Part shown: piece by piece, positions 9,511 to 20,745 of the stretch
Position numbering within the stretch: position 1 is the stretch's first letter
Layout: the number at the start of each line of letters is the position of its first letter
Assembly: GCA_963815195.1 (NCBI GenBank)
Contig: CAWFGE010000013.1
Span: 288,001-352,000, forward strand
DNA: 64,000 nucleotides
Direction: 5' to 3'
DNA from: an uncultured Planctomycetaceae bacterium
Lineage (GTDB): Bacteria; Planctomycetota; Planctomycetia; Planctomycetales; Planctomycetaceae
Made by a program: the position numbers and the translations under genes
Notes under the pieces: generated by a model
What the model was told of the DNA's origin: nothing
Database searches by the model: none
The model's input: the letters and a program-made list of their open reading frames with translations, nothing else

Positions 9511-9956
9511 CTCGAGATGTCGATGCGTGATTTAAGATTTCCTTGAGGAGGGGATTCGTAATAGGTTGAGATGTTTTTTTGTTGTGATAGGATTCGCAGT
9601 TGTTCACCGGTGTTGTGCTGGCGTTCTTGCATGAGGCGGATGGATATTTGTTCGGTTTCGGACATGGCCAGTATCGAGCGGTCCACTTGTTCGAGCGTCT
9701 GGAGAACCTGGTCGGCGATTGTCTGGGAGGGGTCTTGTTTGATTTGACGGCAGGCTTCGCGAAGATCGGACACAGTCGCCAACTGGTCGATGAGATGCTG
9801 CTTCTGGCGGAGAATCGCCTGGACCGTAACATCGTCGGCTTGCTCGATCGCCTCGAGTTGCGATCCCGCGAGCTGGACGAGTTGCCGGGCGAGGCGCTCA
9901 CATTGTTGCGTTTGGAGGAAAAGTTGTTCGGCGTCGACGGGGGCGCTGCTTGGCAT
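9507..9956 (-). CDS. FlgN/FliT-like flagellar chaperone
   Basis: Helical Q/L-rich protein (QLEAIEQADDVTVQAILRQKQHLIDQL) ending Y...RIDISS, directly upstream of flgB. Confidence 0.5.
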   Translation of the reverse strand: MPSSAPVDAEQLFLQTQQCERLARQLVQLAGSQLEAIEQADDVTVQAILRQKQHLIDQLATVSDLREACRQIKQDPSQTIADQVLQTLEQVDRSILAMSETEQISIRLMQERQHNTGEQLRILSQQKNISTYYESPPQGNLKSRIDISS

Positions 9957-9970
9957 GGTTTCTTGTTGGG

Positions 9971-12501
9971 CTAGTGGCTTGGGTTGGATGGAACGGCGCG
10001 CGGCAGGGAAGTCATTTCGAGCGTCCAATCAAACCAGTCCGTCCACTGTTTCCGCTGGTGCAGATTGGTGGATGGCGATTGGAAGATCGAAGGCTCCATG
10101 CGCTCGGCCAGGATCTGGGCTTGCTTTAGGGTGCTGCGGGCTTCTTCGGGCTTTTTGAGTTGCTGATAGCATTGGGCCATTTGCAGATAGGACAGCAAAA
10201 CGCGGACGTGGTTGGGATAGCGGTTGATGGCGCTGCTATAGACCAGAAGGGCGGCATCGTAATCGTGCAGGGCGAATTCGATGTCGCCCAGGTCGAAGAA
10301 GGTGTTTTGCATCAGACGCAGCTCGAGGGGGCTTAAGCCGACGGTTTCTTCCGTCTGGAGCAGACGCGTTCTCAGTTCGCGCAGAATCTGTGCCGCGACT
10401 TTGAGCCGCTGGTGATATTCCTTGGCCAATTCCTGCTTCTCGTTGGCGATCTGCGCGTTTTCGAGTTTTTCCTGATACTCGCTGGCGCTTTTCTGATAGG
10501 CCCGCGCGAGCAGGTATTGCGCTTCGAAGTGCTTGTCCTGCGAGGGATACCGCCGGACGTATTCGCTCAGCTTTTTGATGGCCTCGTCCCAGTTGACGAG
10601 GTTCGATTTTTTCGAGGCGCTCGGGTTTTCCGGTTGGGCGGGATCGGCGGCGAGCTTGTTTTCCAGGTGGCCGCTCATAGCGATTCGCGCGGAGGTGACG
10701 TGATAGAGCGTGCTGCCCAGCGCGAAGAGCGATTCCCGCCATTCCTTGGCGGCGGGGCCGAGCGAACTGGATTCGATGATGTCCCGCCAGGTCTCTTCGG
10801 CTTTTTGGAACTCCCCGCGTTCGAGGTGGGCGATTCCCGCGAGGTACGACGCCTCGAACGATGCGGGATCCTTGGGATGCCTTTGGATCGTGCGTTCGAG
10901 AAGGTTAAGGGCGTCCTGCGTTTTGTCGTCGGTGAGATCGGTATAGGCGAGTTGGACATAGGCCAAGGGCAGCCGCTCTTTGGGCGCGGTCGCGATGAAT
11001 TTTCTGATCTGGGCCTGGGCTTTTTTGAAGCGGTGGCCGCGCATGTAATGCTCCGCGCTGATCCATAGAACGTCGGAATACTTGGGAGACGACTTGAGCA
11101 AATCGGCCAAGGCGGCAAACGCATCGCCGCTGGCGGTCCAGCGCTCCTGGATTTGCAGCCCGTAGGTCTTGGGATCTTTGACGAGCCATTGGGCGTTTTG
11201 CTCTTCGTAGTATTCGGCCCACTTCTCATAGGTGCGGGCCTCGAGTTCGCGGGCCTGGATCACGGTAAACAGCGGCGGCATGAGGCGCGACAAGGCGATG
11301 GCGTTGGCAAAGTCGTGCCCTTCGGCCCATCCGCTCCACGCCTGGAGGATCAATTTGCGAAACTGGGCGATGCTGACCCAGCGGTTATGATAGGTTTGGG
11401 GATCCGGAAGACCTTTGAGCGCCTGCTCGTAAGCGGAGAGGGCTTCCTCGTCGCGGCCGGCCAGTTGCAACAGCCAGCCTTGATGCAGCGAGGCGGCCAC
11501 GCCTTCGTGGGATTTGGGATAGCGGGCCGTCGTGCGCTCGTATTGATTGATGGCCCGGTCCATGTCGCCGAGCGCCTCTTCGCAGACTCCCAAAAGATAA
11601 AACACCTGCCGGGTTTGTACATCGGTCAAACCGCTGGCGTTTTGGAGCGACTGCAGAGATTCCCGCGCCTCTGGTAGCCTCCGACCGTCTTCAAGGCCAG
11701 GAGGGTTTGCACTTGGATAATGCGAATTCCGACATGCCCTTCTTCGCGGGGATCGAGTTTGGGCAGCGCCTTGACGGCTTCGTCGGTGCGATCGAGCGCG
11801 ACGAGCACCTGGGCCTTGAGAAGCATCGCCAGGTCGACGTCTTTCGCGGCGGCCTTCTCCGCCTGGAGCTTTTTGAGGAGCCCGTCGGCGTGGTTCAATG
11901 CTTTCGCGAGCAAGGGCGGCGTCCGCAGCTCGAGATAGATTTCGATGAGCTTCGTCGTGAGTTCCTGGTCGTCTTGGGGCGAGGATTTCAGGGCTTCCTC
12001 GACGTAGGGGCGAGCCTCGGAAGGAGAGCCGAGCGCGTGCAGGCTCAAGCCCAGGGCGTAAGCCCATTCCGTCCGGTACTGGGCATTGAGTGCCAAGCGC
12101 TCCGCGTCGCGCAGGTATTTGACGGCCGCGGTGAACCGTTCGTCCCGCTTGTCTTCGGAGGCGTCCAAGCCGTCGCGGAAGGCGGCGATCCCCAAAATGT
12201 ATTCCGCCGCTCCGGGAAAATCCGGATCGTGGTATTTGATCGCCTGCAAATCGAGCGCGATTTTCCGGGCGGCCCGGCGATTGGCGGGGGAGTCGTTTTG
12301 CTTTTCGATCAAGGCAATGGCTTGCTGTTGCCGTTCCGCGGGGGGCTGGCCACCCGACGAGGCACTGTACCAAATCCAAACCCCCAACAACGAAAGCGCA
12401 GCGGTGCCCGCCATGCCGATCCGCCGTTTGGACCAGAATCCGGCGGACGCCTCGGCGGTTTCGGGTTGGTCTTGAGGATTTGCTTTGTTCTTGATCGGCA
12501 T
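9971..12501 (-). CDS. Membrane-anchored tetratricopeptide-repeat protein (apparent frameshift ~11690)
   Basis: ORF 11626-12501 (N-terminal TM, TPR) joins the C-terminal part of ORF 9971-12568 (many TPR/BamD-like repeats such as AINQYERTTARYPKS). Confidence 0.8.
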
Positions 12502-12912
12502 GGATTTGAATGAGTGAGGGGCCCGCAGTGCGGAGAATCGCCGGCCGGCAAGGTGCACCGCTTATCACCAGATGTTCATTCAGGAGATTACGGCAAAATG
12601 CGATCCGAAATCTGTGAGGGGAACGAGTGAGAAAAGTGGGGAATCTATAGGAGAAAACTGCATTCCTGTCAATCAGATTTTTAACCCTTGAAAAATGCTT
12701 AAACGTAGAAACGTCGTTGGCTCACCGGAGGGGGAGAGCGATCCCGGAACTCTTGAAAACCAAGCTCGCGAGACCGGCGCACAGAAAATCTGTCCATGCA
12801 GAGGAAAGATCGAATTTGGGTAACGCCGGGGTTTATCATGGTTTACGAAGGGCGGACTTCTTAGAATGTGTGGAAATTGCGAATGAATTTCCCTTCTTGA
12901 ATCCCTTCACGA

Positions 12913-13862
12913 ATGAAACACACTTTGACACCCGAGTCCGGGCAACAGATTCGAGCGCTCCGAAACAACCTGGCCCAAGTCATTCAAGGAAAAGACGACG
13001 TCCTGGATATTCTCATCGTGGCCTTGCTCGCGGGCGGGTCGATTTTGATGGACGATGTGCCGGGCGTGGGGAAGACGACCCTCGCGAAGGCGCTGGCCCG
13101 GTCGATCGACGTCACGTTTCACCGCGTGCAGTTCACGCCGGATTTGCTGCCTAGCGATATATTGGGATCGTCGATTTATCATCCGGTGGACGGGTGCTTC
13201 AATTTTCGCGGGGGGCCGATTTTCTGCAACGTCCTTCTGGCGGATGAAATCAACCGCGCCTCGCCGCGAACGCAGTCGGCCCTGTTGGAAGCGATGAGCG
13301 AAATGCAGGCGACCATCGAAGGCGTGCTGCATCCATTGCCTGCCCCGTTCCTGGTGATCGCCACGCAGAATCCGATCGATTTCCACGGGACCTATCCGCT
13401 GCCCGAGGCCCAGTTGGACCGGTTCCTGGTGCAATTGCATTTGGGGTATCCCGACGAAGAGCACGAAGTCGAGGTGCTGTATTCCCAGCAGGAGACGCAC
13501 CCGGTGGAGTGGGTCGAGCCGGTGCTCACGCGGGAAGAGGTATTGGAGCTTCAGGACTCGGTGAAGCACGTCCACGTGGAGCGGAACGTGGGCGAGTATC
13601 TCGTGCGGGTGGTGCGGGCCTCGCGGGAGGATCCGCATTTGAAGCTGGGCGTCAGTCCGCGGGGATCGCTCATGCTCTTTGCGCGGCTCAGGCGGCGGCG
13701 TTTACGGCGGGACGAAGCTATGTGCTGCCCGACGATGTGCAACGGCTCGCGCCCTATGTGCTGCCTCACCGGATGATCCTCACCGCGAAAGCCCGTTATG
13801 CGAACATCCAGCGGGCGGAGATCGTCAAGAACATGCTCGAGCGGGTGCCGGTGCCGACATGA
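12913..13862 (+). CDS. moxR: MoxR-family AAA+ ATPase (apparent 1-nt deletion ~13680)
   Basis: DVPGVGKT, RVQFTPDLLPSD, DEINRASPRTQSALLEAM, YPLPEAQLDRF; ...SPRGSLMLF continues in another frame as AAQAAAF...PDDV...HRMIL. Confidence 0.93.
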
Positions 13863-15163
13863 CTCAATGGAGCAAACGCTGGCTGAATCAACTTGTCGTC
13901 CCGCGCTGGGTGTGGGATTTTTGGCGGTTCAAGGTGACGCTTTCGGGCCGGCTGTTGATCGGGTGCACGGTGATGTCCTTGTTGGGGACCATTTCGGTGC
14001 AGATCCCGGTGTATCAGATTTTTTGCGCCTTCGCTTCGCTGTTGGTGCTTTCGTTTATTGCGGGAATTTGGTGCCGGCCGCGGGTGACGCTTTCGGGTGA
14101 ATTGCCGCGAACGGCGACGGTGGGGCAAGTGGTGCGGGGGGAGTTTCAGATCATGAATCCCGGCCGCCGGGCCGCCTATGATTTGTCGCTGGGCTTCATC
14201 GATCTGACGAAAGCCGTCGAACACACGGACCGGGAGTTGTCGGTGGACGTGTTGGCGGCGGGGGATGCGGTGACGATGCCGGTGACGTTAATGCCCAGCC
14301 GCCGGGGCCTTCACGAGCTTCCGGATCTCCGCGCGTACAGCACGTTTCCGTTTGATTTGTTTCGCAGCGGGTCGTCGGCGCTTCCGATGCCGCCGCTGTT
14401 TGTGTTGCCGGCGTTTCATGCCCTGGCGGATGTCAGCGTGCCCGTGGGAATGCGGCATCAGCCGGGCGGGGTCGCTTTGACGTCCCACATCGGCGAATCG
14501 CCGGAGTACATCGGCAATCGCGAGTACGTGCCCGGCGAACCGGTCAGGCGGATCGATTTTCGCTCGTGGGCCCGGCTGGGCAAACCCGTGGTGCGGGAGT
14601 TCCAGGAGGAATATTATTGCCGAATCGCGCTGGTCCTGGACACCCACGTCGTTCCCAAGCGGACCTGGGGATCATTCGAGCGGTGGGCCGAGGGCTGGTA
14701 TCTTCCTTATGAGCCGGGGCCGGATGAATTTCCCGAATTGGAGGCGGCGGTGAGCCTGACCGCGGCCCTGGCGGATGCCCTCGCGCGCGGCGAATACCTG
14801 ATCGACCTGTTCGCGGCGGGGCCGGATTTGTACGTCTTCCAAGCGGGCCGGCACATCGCCCACTTCGAAAGCGTATTGGAAATCCTCGCCTGCGTGGAAG
14901 CCTGCCGGCAGAACCCGTTCGCGGACATCGCCCCCGCGTTGTTCGACGAACTCGGACAGATTTCCACGGCGGTTTGCGTGTTTCTCGATTGGGACGAATC
15001 CCGCCGGGAGCTGGCGCAGACGATCGTGGAAGCCGGCTGCCAAATCAAACGCATCATCATCCGCGACGGCCCCACGACAGATCCCCCCGACGACCCGGCC
15101 TTCGGCCCCTGCCGGCAATACAGCATCGCGGAAGTCACCGGCGGCGGACTGGAGTTTATTTGA
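13859..15163 (+). CDS. DUF58-domain protein
   Basis: N-terminal TMs, REYVPGEPVRRIDFRSWAR, VREFQEE, LVLDT; ATGA overlap with the moxR stop. Confidence 0.9.
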   Translation: MTQWSKRWLNQLVVPRWVWDFWRFKVTLSGRLLIGCTVMSLLGTISVQIPVYQIFCAFASLLVLSFIAGIWCRPRVTLSGELPRTATVGQVVRGEFQIMNPGRRAAYDLSLGFIDLTKAVEHTDRELSVDVLAAGDAVTMPVTLMPSRRGLHELPDLRAYSTFPFDLFRSGSSALPMPPLFVLPAFHALADVSVPVGMRHQPGGVALTSHIGESPEYIGNREYVPGEPVRRIDFRSWARLGKPVVREFQEEYYCRIALVLDTHVVPKRTWGSFERWAEGWYLPYEPGPDEFPELEAAVSLTAALADALARGEYLIDLFAAGPDLYVFQAGRHIAHFESVLEILACVEACRQNPFADIAPALFDELGQISTAVCVFLDWDESRRELAQTIVEAGCQIKRIIIRDGPTTDPPDDPAFGPCRQYSIAEVTGGGLEFI

Positions 15164-15339
15164 GAGCGCGCCACCGAAAAATTGAGTGCGTGGTTTGCGA
15201 TCATCGGGAGAATTCTTCGAGATCTAAAACCCGTTGATACGTGCACGTCCTTGACCGCAGACGCTGGGAGTGCTTTTATAATTGTTGTTCGGTGCCGCGC
15301 CGGTCACGAAACGAAGGCTCCTTCATCGAAAGAGAAATC

Positions 15340-15918
15340 ATGGCGGGATCCGGCTGGAGTTTCTTAGTCGAATACGATGGCAAGCCAGAATCTCTGATGC
15401 GATCGCTGGAAACACATGTTTTCCAATCCGGTCGCTTCGACATCCCCATCGTGGAGCCTGAGTTCCTTGACGAGATCGATTTCTTCTCGGTCAGTGATGA
15501 AGAACGCGAGGAGATGGCAGAGCAATACGGACTCGAGGCGATGCTGACGGTGGCCCGGCGTGTCGGTTTCGCCGATTTCGTACCGTGGTGCGTCGAACGA
15601 ATGAAAACGGGACGCGTTGAAACTCTTGAGGAATTGCGGGCCATGCAATGCCTGTCGTCCTCAGGCACTCATTCACCCCTCGACATGTCCGGCATTTCGG
15701 ATGCCCCTGAAGACTTCAAACTCTATCCTCTCGCGGACGATCAGATATTGAAGGTGTTCGGAACGTCGCGTGTTCGGTACGATGATGTCGCATCGAGGGA
15801 CATGTTCGTGGCCAGGTCGCTTCCAGAGGCGTATGCGAACTGGCAAGGCGTTTTTGTCCCGGTTTATACTGGCGATTCCATCACTCATGCGTATGTCGAA
15901 GGCGCAAGTGGAGATTGA
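15340..15918 (+). CDS. Hypothetical acidic protein
   Basis: Protein-like composition (GTHSPLDM motif, ends VEGASGD); no family recognised. Confidence 0.65.
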   Translation: MAGSGWSFLVEYDGKPESLMRSLETHVFQSGRFDIPIVEPEFLDEIDFFSVSDEEREEMAEQYGLEAMLTVARRVGFADFVPWCVERMKTGRVETLEELRAMQCLSSSGTHSPLDMSGISDAPEDFKLYPLADDQILKVFGTSRVRYDDVASRDMFVARSLPEAYANWQGVFVPVYTGDSITHAYVEGASGD

Positions 15919-15980
15919 ATGGCCGGGCGTCGTCGGCCTTTGCTCCTGAATGAAAACCACATCCCTATTGGAGGTGAACG

Positions 15981-16888
15981 ATGAAACGATTTGATGTTTT
16001 TTGCGCGATCGCAGCGGCTTTGTTTTTGGCAGGTCCGCGGATTTCCCAGGCTGCGGACGAGAAAGAAAAGCTCGAACACTCCGCGGCCGAGAAAACCGCG
16101 ATGGCGGATGTCCGCAAGCTCGGCGGGCACGTGATGGAACTCGCCCAGACCGATCCGCACCTCGAAGTCGCCTATCATCTGACGGACGGAAAGGTCGGCG
16201 ACGACCATTTGAAACCGCTCGCCCAGATGCCTTTGCTCGTGTCGCTGAACCTGCGGGGCACGGACATCACGAACGCGGGGCTGGCCCATATCTCGGCCGT
16301 CAAATCGCTCCGCCGGCTGCACCTTGAGAAAACGCAAATCACCGACGAGGGCCTGGCGAGCCTCAAGGATTTGGAGAACCTCGAATACTTGAACCTCTAC
16401 GGTACCGCCGTCACCGATCAAGGCCTCAAAAGTCTCGAAGGCCTGAAGAACCTGCGGAAGCTGTATCTCTGGGAGACCAAGGTCACCGATGCCGGGGTCG
16501 AAGCCCTCAAGAAAAAGCTGCCCATGCTGGAAGTCATCCGCGGCCTGAGCCTCGCCGAACCCGAAAAGAAAGAAGAACCGAAAAAAGAAGAACCGAAAAA
16601 AGAAGAACCGAAAAAAGAAGAACCGAAAAAAGAAGAACCGAAAAAAGAAGAACCGAAAAAAGAAGAAAACCGAAGAAGGAAGAACCGAAGAAGGAAGAAC
16701 CGAAGAAGGAAGAACCGAAAAAAGAAGAGCCGAAAAAAGAAGAACCGAAAAAAGAAGAACCGAAAAAAGAAGAGCCGAAGAAGCCCGAAGCGAAGAAGGA
16801 AGAGCCGAAGAAAGACGACGCCAAGAAAGTCGCGCCGAAAGAGCCTGAGGACAAGAAAGCGGACGAGGCGAAGAAGAAGGATTCGTAG
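15981..16888 (+). CDS. Secreted leucine-rich-repeat protein with a C-terminal (EEPKK)n tail (apparent 2-nt insertion ~16667)
   Basis: Signal peptide, LRRs (LNLRGTDITNAGL, LHLEKTQITDEGL, LNLYGTAVTDQGL), GGAGG RBS; the repeat frame resumes and ends ...AKKKDS-TAG 16886-16888. Confidence 0.85.
16572..16813 (+). repeat. 15-bp coding tandem repeat GAAGAACCGAARAAR, about 15 units
   Basis: Directly visible in the sequence. Confidence 0.95.
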
Positions 16889-16900
16889 CGCGGCGGCAGT

Positions 16901-16938
16901 CCCCTCACCCTAACCCTCTCCCCCAAGGGGACAGGGGA
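16901..16938. repeat. REP-like palindrome CCCCTCACCCTAACCCTCTCCCC..GGGGACAGGGG
   Basis: Imperfect palindrome just after the LRR gene stop; widespread bacterial REP style. Confidence 0.6.
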
Positions 16939-16954
16939 CAAAACCGGGGCGCCT

Positions 16955-17002
16955 AAAAATAAAAAACCGCACCGGGTGCGCATTGAATGCGCGGCGGTGC
17001 GG
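16955..17002 (-). terminator. Intrinsic terminator for the usp-nadB transcript
   Basis: CCGCACCG..GCGCATT/AATGCGC..CGGTGCGG hairpin followed by a U-tract on the minus strand. Confidence 0.65.
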
Positions 17003-17018
17003 CGACCGTTCGGTTTTG

Positions 17019-17062
17019 ACGCCGGCTTTGGACTTCTAAAAGAAGTCCGCCGGCGTTTTTTT
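17019..17062 (+). terminator. Intrinsic terminator for the LRR gene
   Basis: ACGCCGGC..GGACTTCT-AAA-AGAAGTCC-GCCGGCGT followed by a T run. Confidence 0.7.
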
Positions 17063-17384
17063 GCCGGGCGCGATTAAGCTTAAGAAGGCGAAAAGGCCCG
17101 GCCCGGATATCCGGTGGAGGGAGCGATGTTGAAGACGAGGACAGACTCGGTCCCGGTTCGCCAAGGATTGCAATCGTGACTTTGCCGCTCGAACTGCCGC
17201 GGCAAAGCGGCCGGCGTTCCGGAACCCCACATCAAGTGGAAACTCCAAATTCAATCCCTCTACCCTAAGGGACTTCATTGCGCCACAAGCCGATTTTCGG
17301 CTGTAACTGCCCCGCAGATAAGCAGTTCGGCCGCGAATTCTTCGGTGCGGCCGCGGACCGGGATCATTTCTTCTGGAGCATTCC

Positions 17385-19006
17385 TTAGATCGGCTCGGCG
17401 ATGAGGGGGATGTGCTCGGCGGGGTCGACGGTTTCGGGAAAATCGCTGCGGTAATGCACGCCCCGGCTTTCCCGGCGGGCGGCGGCGGCCGCGATCATCA
17501 TCCGGGCCACCAACAGCATGTTTTGAAGCTCCCAGCCGGCGGGATGTGAAAACTCGTGCGTCGAGACGTAGCGGTCCCAGAAATTCACCTGGTCCGCGGC
17601 TTCCTTGAGGCCCTCCGCATCCCGGCGAATCCCCACGTTCCGCCACATCAAACTCATTAGCGAGTTTTGCACATCGGTCAGGTTGAGCTCGTTCTCATCC
17701 GCGGGCTGCTCCGAAAAGCTGGCTTCGATGGCGAGCGCCGCAAAGCGGTCCGGCAACTCCTTCGCCTGGGCCGCGGCGCCTTGGCCGCAGCTCAAACCGA
17801 AGACCAGGCCTTCCAAAAGACTGTTCGAGGCCAGGCGATTTGCCCCGTGCAGTCCGCTGGATGTGACTTCCCCCGCGGCCCAAAGTCCGGGCAGCGTGGT
17901 TCGGCCGTCGATATCCACTGTCAATCCGCCGACCATGTAATGTGCGCCGGGCCGGACGGGGATCAGATCCCGCGTGATGTCCAATCCGAAATCCGCACAG
18001 ACTTTGCCGATGTGCGGAAACCGCTCGCGGACCAGGTCGGGATCCAGATGCGACAGATCGAGATACACGCACGGCTGGCGGGTTTTCGCCATCTGGCTCG
18101 TGATGGCCCGGCTGACATCATCGCGCGGCGCAGCTCGCCCGCTTCGTGATAATCCGGCATGAAGCGGTAGCCGGTGCTGTCCCGCAGATAAGCCCCTTCG
18201 CCGCGGACGGCTTCGGTAATCAGATGCCGGGAGCTTCCCGCGATATACAGCACCGTGGGATGAAACTGCATAAACTCCATGTCCCGCACCTCGGCCCCCG
18301 CGCGGAACGCGATCGCGTGCCCGTCGCCGGTGGCGATTTCGGGATTGGTCGTCTCGCGATACAGCCGGCCCGCGCCGCCGGTGGCGAGAATCGTCTGCTT
18401 GGCCCACACGATTGTCTTGCCGTGATGCGGGTTCCAGACGATCGCCCCCTGGCATTGGCCGTCGAACGTCAACAGGTCGATCGTGAAGGTTCGCTCCCAG
18501 ATTTGCACGCTCGGCCGGTTTCGCAGCTCCGCGAGCATCGCCCGCATGACTTCTTTGCCCGTCGCATCGCCCAACGCGTGCACGATTCGGCGGTGGCTGT
18601 GCCCCCCTTCTTGGGTCAGCGCGATTTCGCCGCCTTCCACGTCGAAGTTCGTCCCCATCTGGACAAGATCGCAGATTTGCCCGGGGGCCTCTTCGACGAC
18701 GTGGCGGACGACGCTTTCATCACACAGCCCCTTCCCGGCGGCGAGGGTGTCGGCGACGTGGCTGGCGAAATCGTCCAAGGGATCCAACACCCCCGCGATG
18801 CCGCCTTGGGCGTAGGTGCTGTTGGATTGGGCGAGCACGTTTTTGGTGACGACCACGGTTTCCAGGGCGGGACCGATGGCCAACGCCGCCCGCGTGCCGG
18901 CGATCCCGCCGCCGATGACGAGCACATCCACAAACATGTGCGGCACACGTTTGGGATGGAACTGAATCAAATACCGGCGTTTGGACGCGAGCTTCAAGGG
19001 AGTCAC
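17385..19006 (-). CDS. nadB: L-aspartate oxidase (apparent 1-nt deletion ~18131)
   Basis: VIGGGIAG, AQGGIA, EGGHSHRRIVHA, QFHPT, TEAVRGEG, AHYMVGG, GLHGANRLASNSLLEG, ESRGVHYR; the conserved ELAPRD is split by the indel; GTGA overlap with the usp stop. Confidence 0.95.
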
Positions 19007-19470
19007 GGCATTTCGAATTTGTGTTCGGTGTGCCGGACGGTGAGCACCGGGCACGGGGATTTCCGCACGACTTTCTCCGCCACGCTGCCCAACAGAACAT
19101 GCGCGAGCCCCGATCGGCCGTGTGTGCCCATTACGATTAGATCGATGTCATGCTGTTTGGCGTAGCGGATGATTTCCAGAAACGGCGTGCCCTGGATCAC
19201 GTCCCGCACCACGGGAAAGTCCTCCGGCAGCGCGTCTCCGGGCCGCTTCGCGAGCGCCTGTTCCGCGCTTGCCTGGAGTTCCTTCATGTAATCGCCGGGC
19301 GGCGGGAAGGCCATGCCGGGCTCCGGGGCCATCGCCACCAGGTCCTGCAAAACGTGCAGCAAATGTAGCTCGGCCCCGAATTTCTCCGCAAACGAGCAAG
19401 CATAGTTTTTGGCCGCCTCGGAAAACTCGCTGAAGTCCGTGGGCATCAGAATTCTCTTGAGCGAAATCAT
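19003..19470 (-). CDS. Universal stress protein
   Basis: ILMPTDFS, DLIVMGTHGRSGLAHVLLGSVAEKVVRKSPCPVL. Confidence 0.96.
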   Translation of the reverse strand: MISLKRILMPTDFSEFSEAAKNYACSFAEKFGAELHLLHVLQDLVAMAPEPGMAFPPPGDYMKELQASAEQALAKRPGDALPEDFPVVRDVIQGTPFLEIIRYAKQHDIDLIVMGTHGRSGLAHVLLGSVAEKVVRKSPCPVLTVRHTEHKFEMP

Positions 19471-19743
19471 GCCAGTCTCCCTTTCAATAAATTGGCCGCA
19501 GGGCGCTCGCCCCGATTCATTCGATCTCGTTCGCTATCGCGTGCCGGCCGAGGTCCTGTCTCGTCGTCATTGAACCGCCAACGACCGTCCGCTTGGTCCA
19601 TCATATCCGGCGGACGATGCCAAATCCAATCGTTATGAACTTCTATCGTGGTCTCGGCGAGAGCGGTGGACAGCCGGGATTGCGGGCTACTACAGTAAGC
19701 CTACGTTTATTGCAGAGTTCCCCTTGAGAAAAAGCCGTTCCCG

Positions 19744-20382
19744 ATGTCAACTCCGTCAAAACGCCGACAATTTCTGCAGATGGCCGTTCTTGTCGAAGGC
19801 GGGTTGATTGTTTTGGCGATCGGGTTGACGTGGGCTCTGCAGATTTTCAACCGCGACCTGTTGGCGTGGAACGGACCGGCGGTGTTGTGGGGGCTGGCGG
19901 CGACGCTGCCGCTGCTGCTTGTGTTCGGGGCCATCTATTATTGGCCGGTGAGCGGATATCGCCGGATCAAGGATTTTCTCCTCGAAGCCTTGGGGCCCTT
20001 CATCGCGGCCTGCCGATGGTACGAGCTGTTGTTCGTGGCGATGCTTGCCGGCGTGGGGGAAGAATGGCTGTTTCGGGGCGTGTTGCAAATCTGGATGGCG
20101 CAGCGGTGGGGCGAGGTGGCGGGGCTCGTCGTCAGCAATCTCGTGTTCGGCATGTGCCACGCCATCACCATCACCTATGTGGTGCTCGCATTTTGCATGG
20201 GCGTGTATTTGGGCCTGTTGATGGACGTCCCCGCCGAGCGGTCTTTGCTCTCGCCGATGATTGCGCACGGGCTTTATGATTTCTTCGCATTCCTGCTGGT
20301 CGCCGCCGACTGGCGTAAACGGCTCCGCGAGCGCCAAGAAGAAGACGCCCCAGAGGAGGAAAAGGAGCCGCGCACGCAGTAA
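19744..20382 (+). CDS. CPBP/Abi (CAAX) intramembrane glutamic protease
   Basis: EEWLFRG, FGMCH, AHGLYD motifs; multiple TMs. Confidence 0.92.
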   Translation: MSTPSKRRQFLQMAVLVEGGLIVLAIGLTWALQIFNRDLLAWNGPAVLWGLAATLPLLLVFGAIYYWPVSGYRRIKDFLLEALGPFIAACRWYELLFVAMLAGVGEEWLFRGVLQIWMAQRWGEVAGLVVSNLVFGMCHAITITYVVLAFCMGVYLGLLMDVPAERSLLSPMIAHGLYDFFAFLLVAADWRKRLRERQEEDAPEEEKEPRTQ

Positions 20383-20481
20383 GCGGGAGCCGTTCAACCG
20401 CTTACTGCGTGCGCGGCTCGTGTCTCTTGCGGATGTGGTCCCGTTGTCGCCATGAACCGGGGCTAGCGCCCGTCGGCTAAT
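20377..20481. repeat. Hairpin plus REP-like element between convergent genes
   Basis: GCAGTAAGCGG/CCGCTTACTGC stem (20377-20409) and AACCGGGGCTAGCGCCCGTCGGCTAAT (~20455-20481). Confidence 0.6.
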
Positions 20482-20745
20482 AAATGGTCGGCGGCTGGAA
20501 TCCGCCGCGACGACTCGATGGTGAAAAAGACGGCGGTCACGGGTTTGCGGCATCCGTGCCTTTTGAAAGGTGGATGTGAAACCGGCGATCCATGCCGGCC
20601 GCCAAAAATTGGCCCGCCGTGGGCGACGTCAACAAGCCCGCCTGATGGCCATGAGCCGGTTGATCCTGTTTTTCGATTTTTTATCAAAGCCGCGCGGGGA
20701 CTTCCCCTCCTTGAGAAAATCCCCCGCGCGGGGTCGGGTCTGCCG

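Noticed and set aside
16572..16813. Arg/Lys-rich C-terminus (ENRRRKN...) of ORF 15981-16913
   Set aside because: It is the off-frame reading of the EEPKK repeat after a 2-nt slip.
17385..19006. nadB, moxR, eutBC and others as pseudogenes
   Set aside because: All catalytic motifs are intact on both sides of each indel; sequencing error is the simpler explanation.
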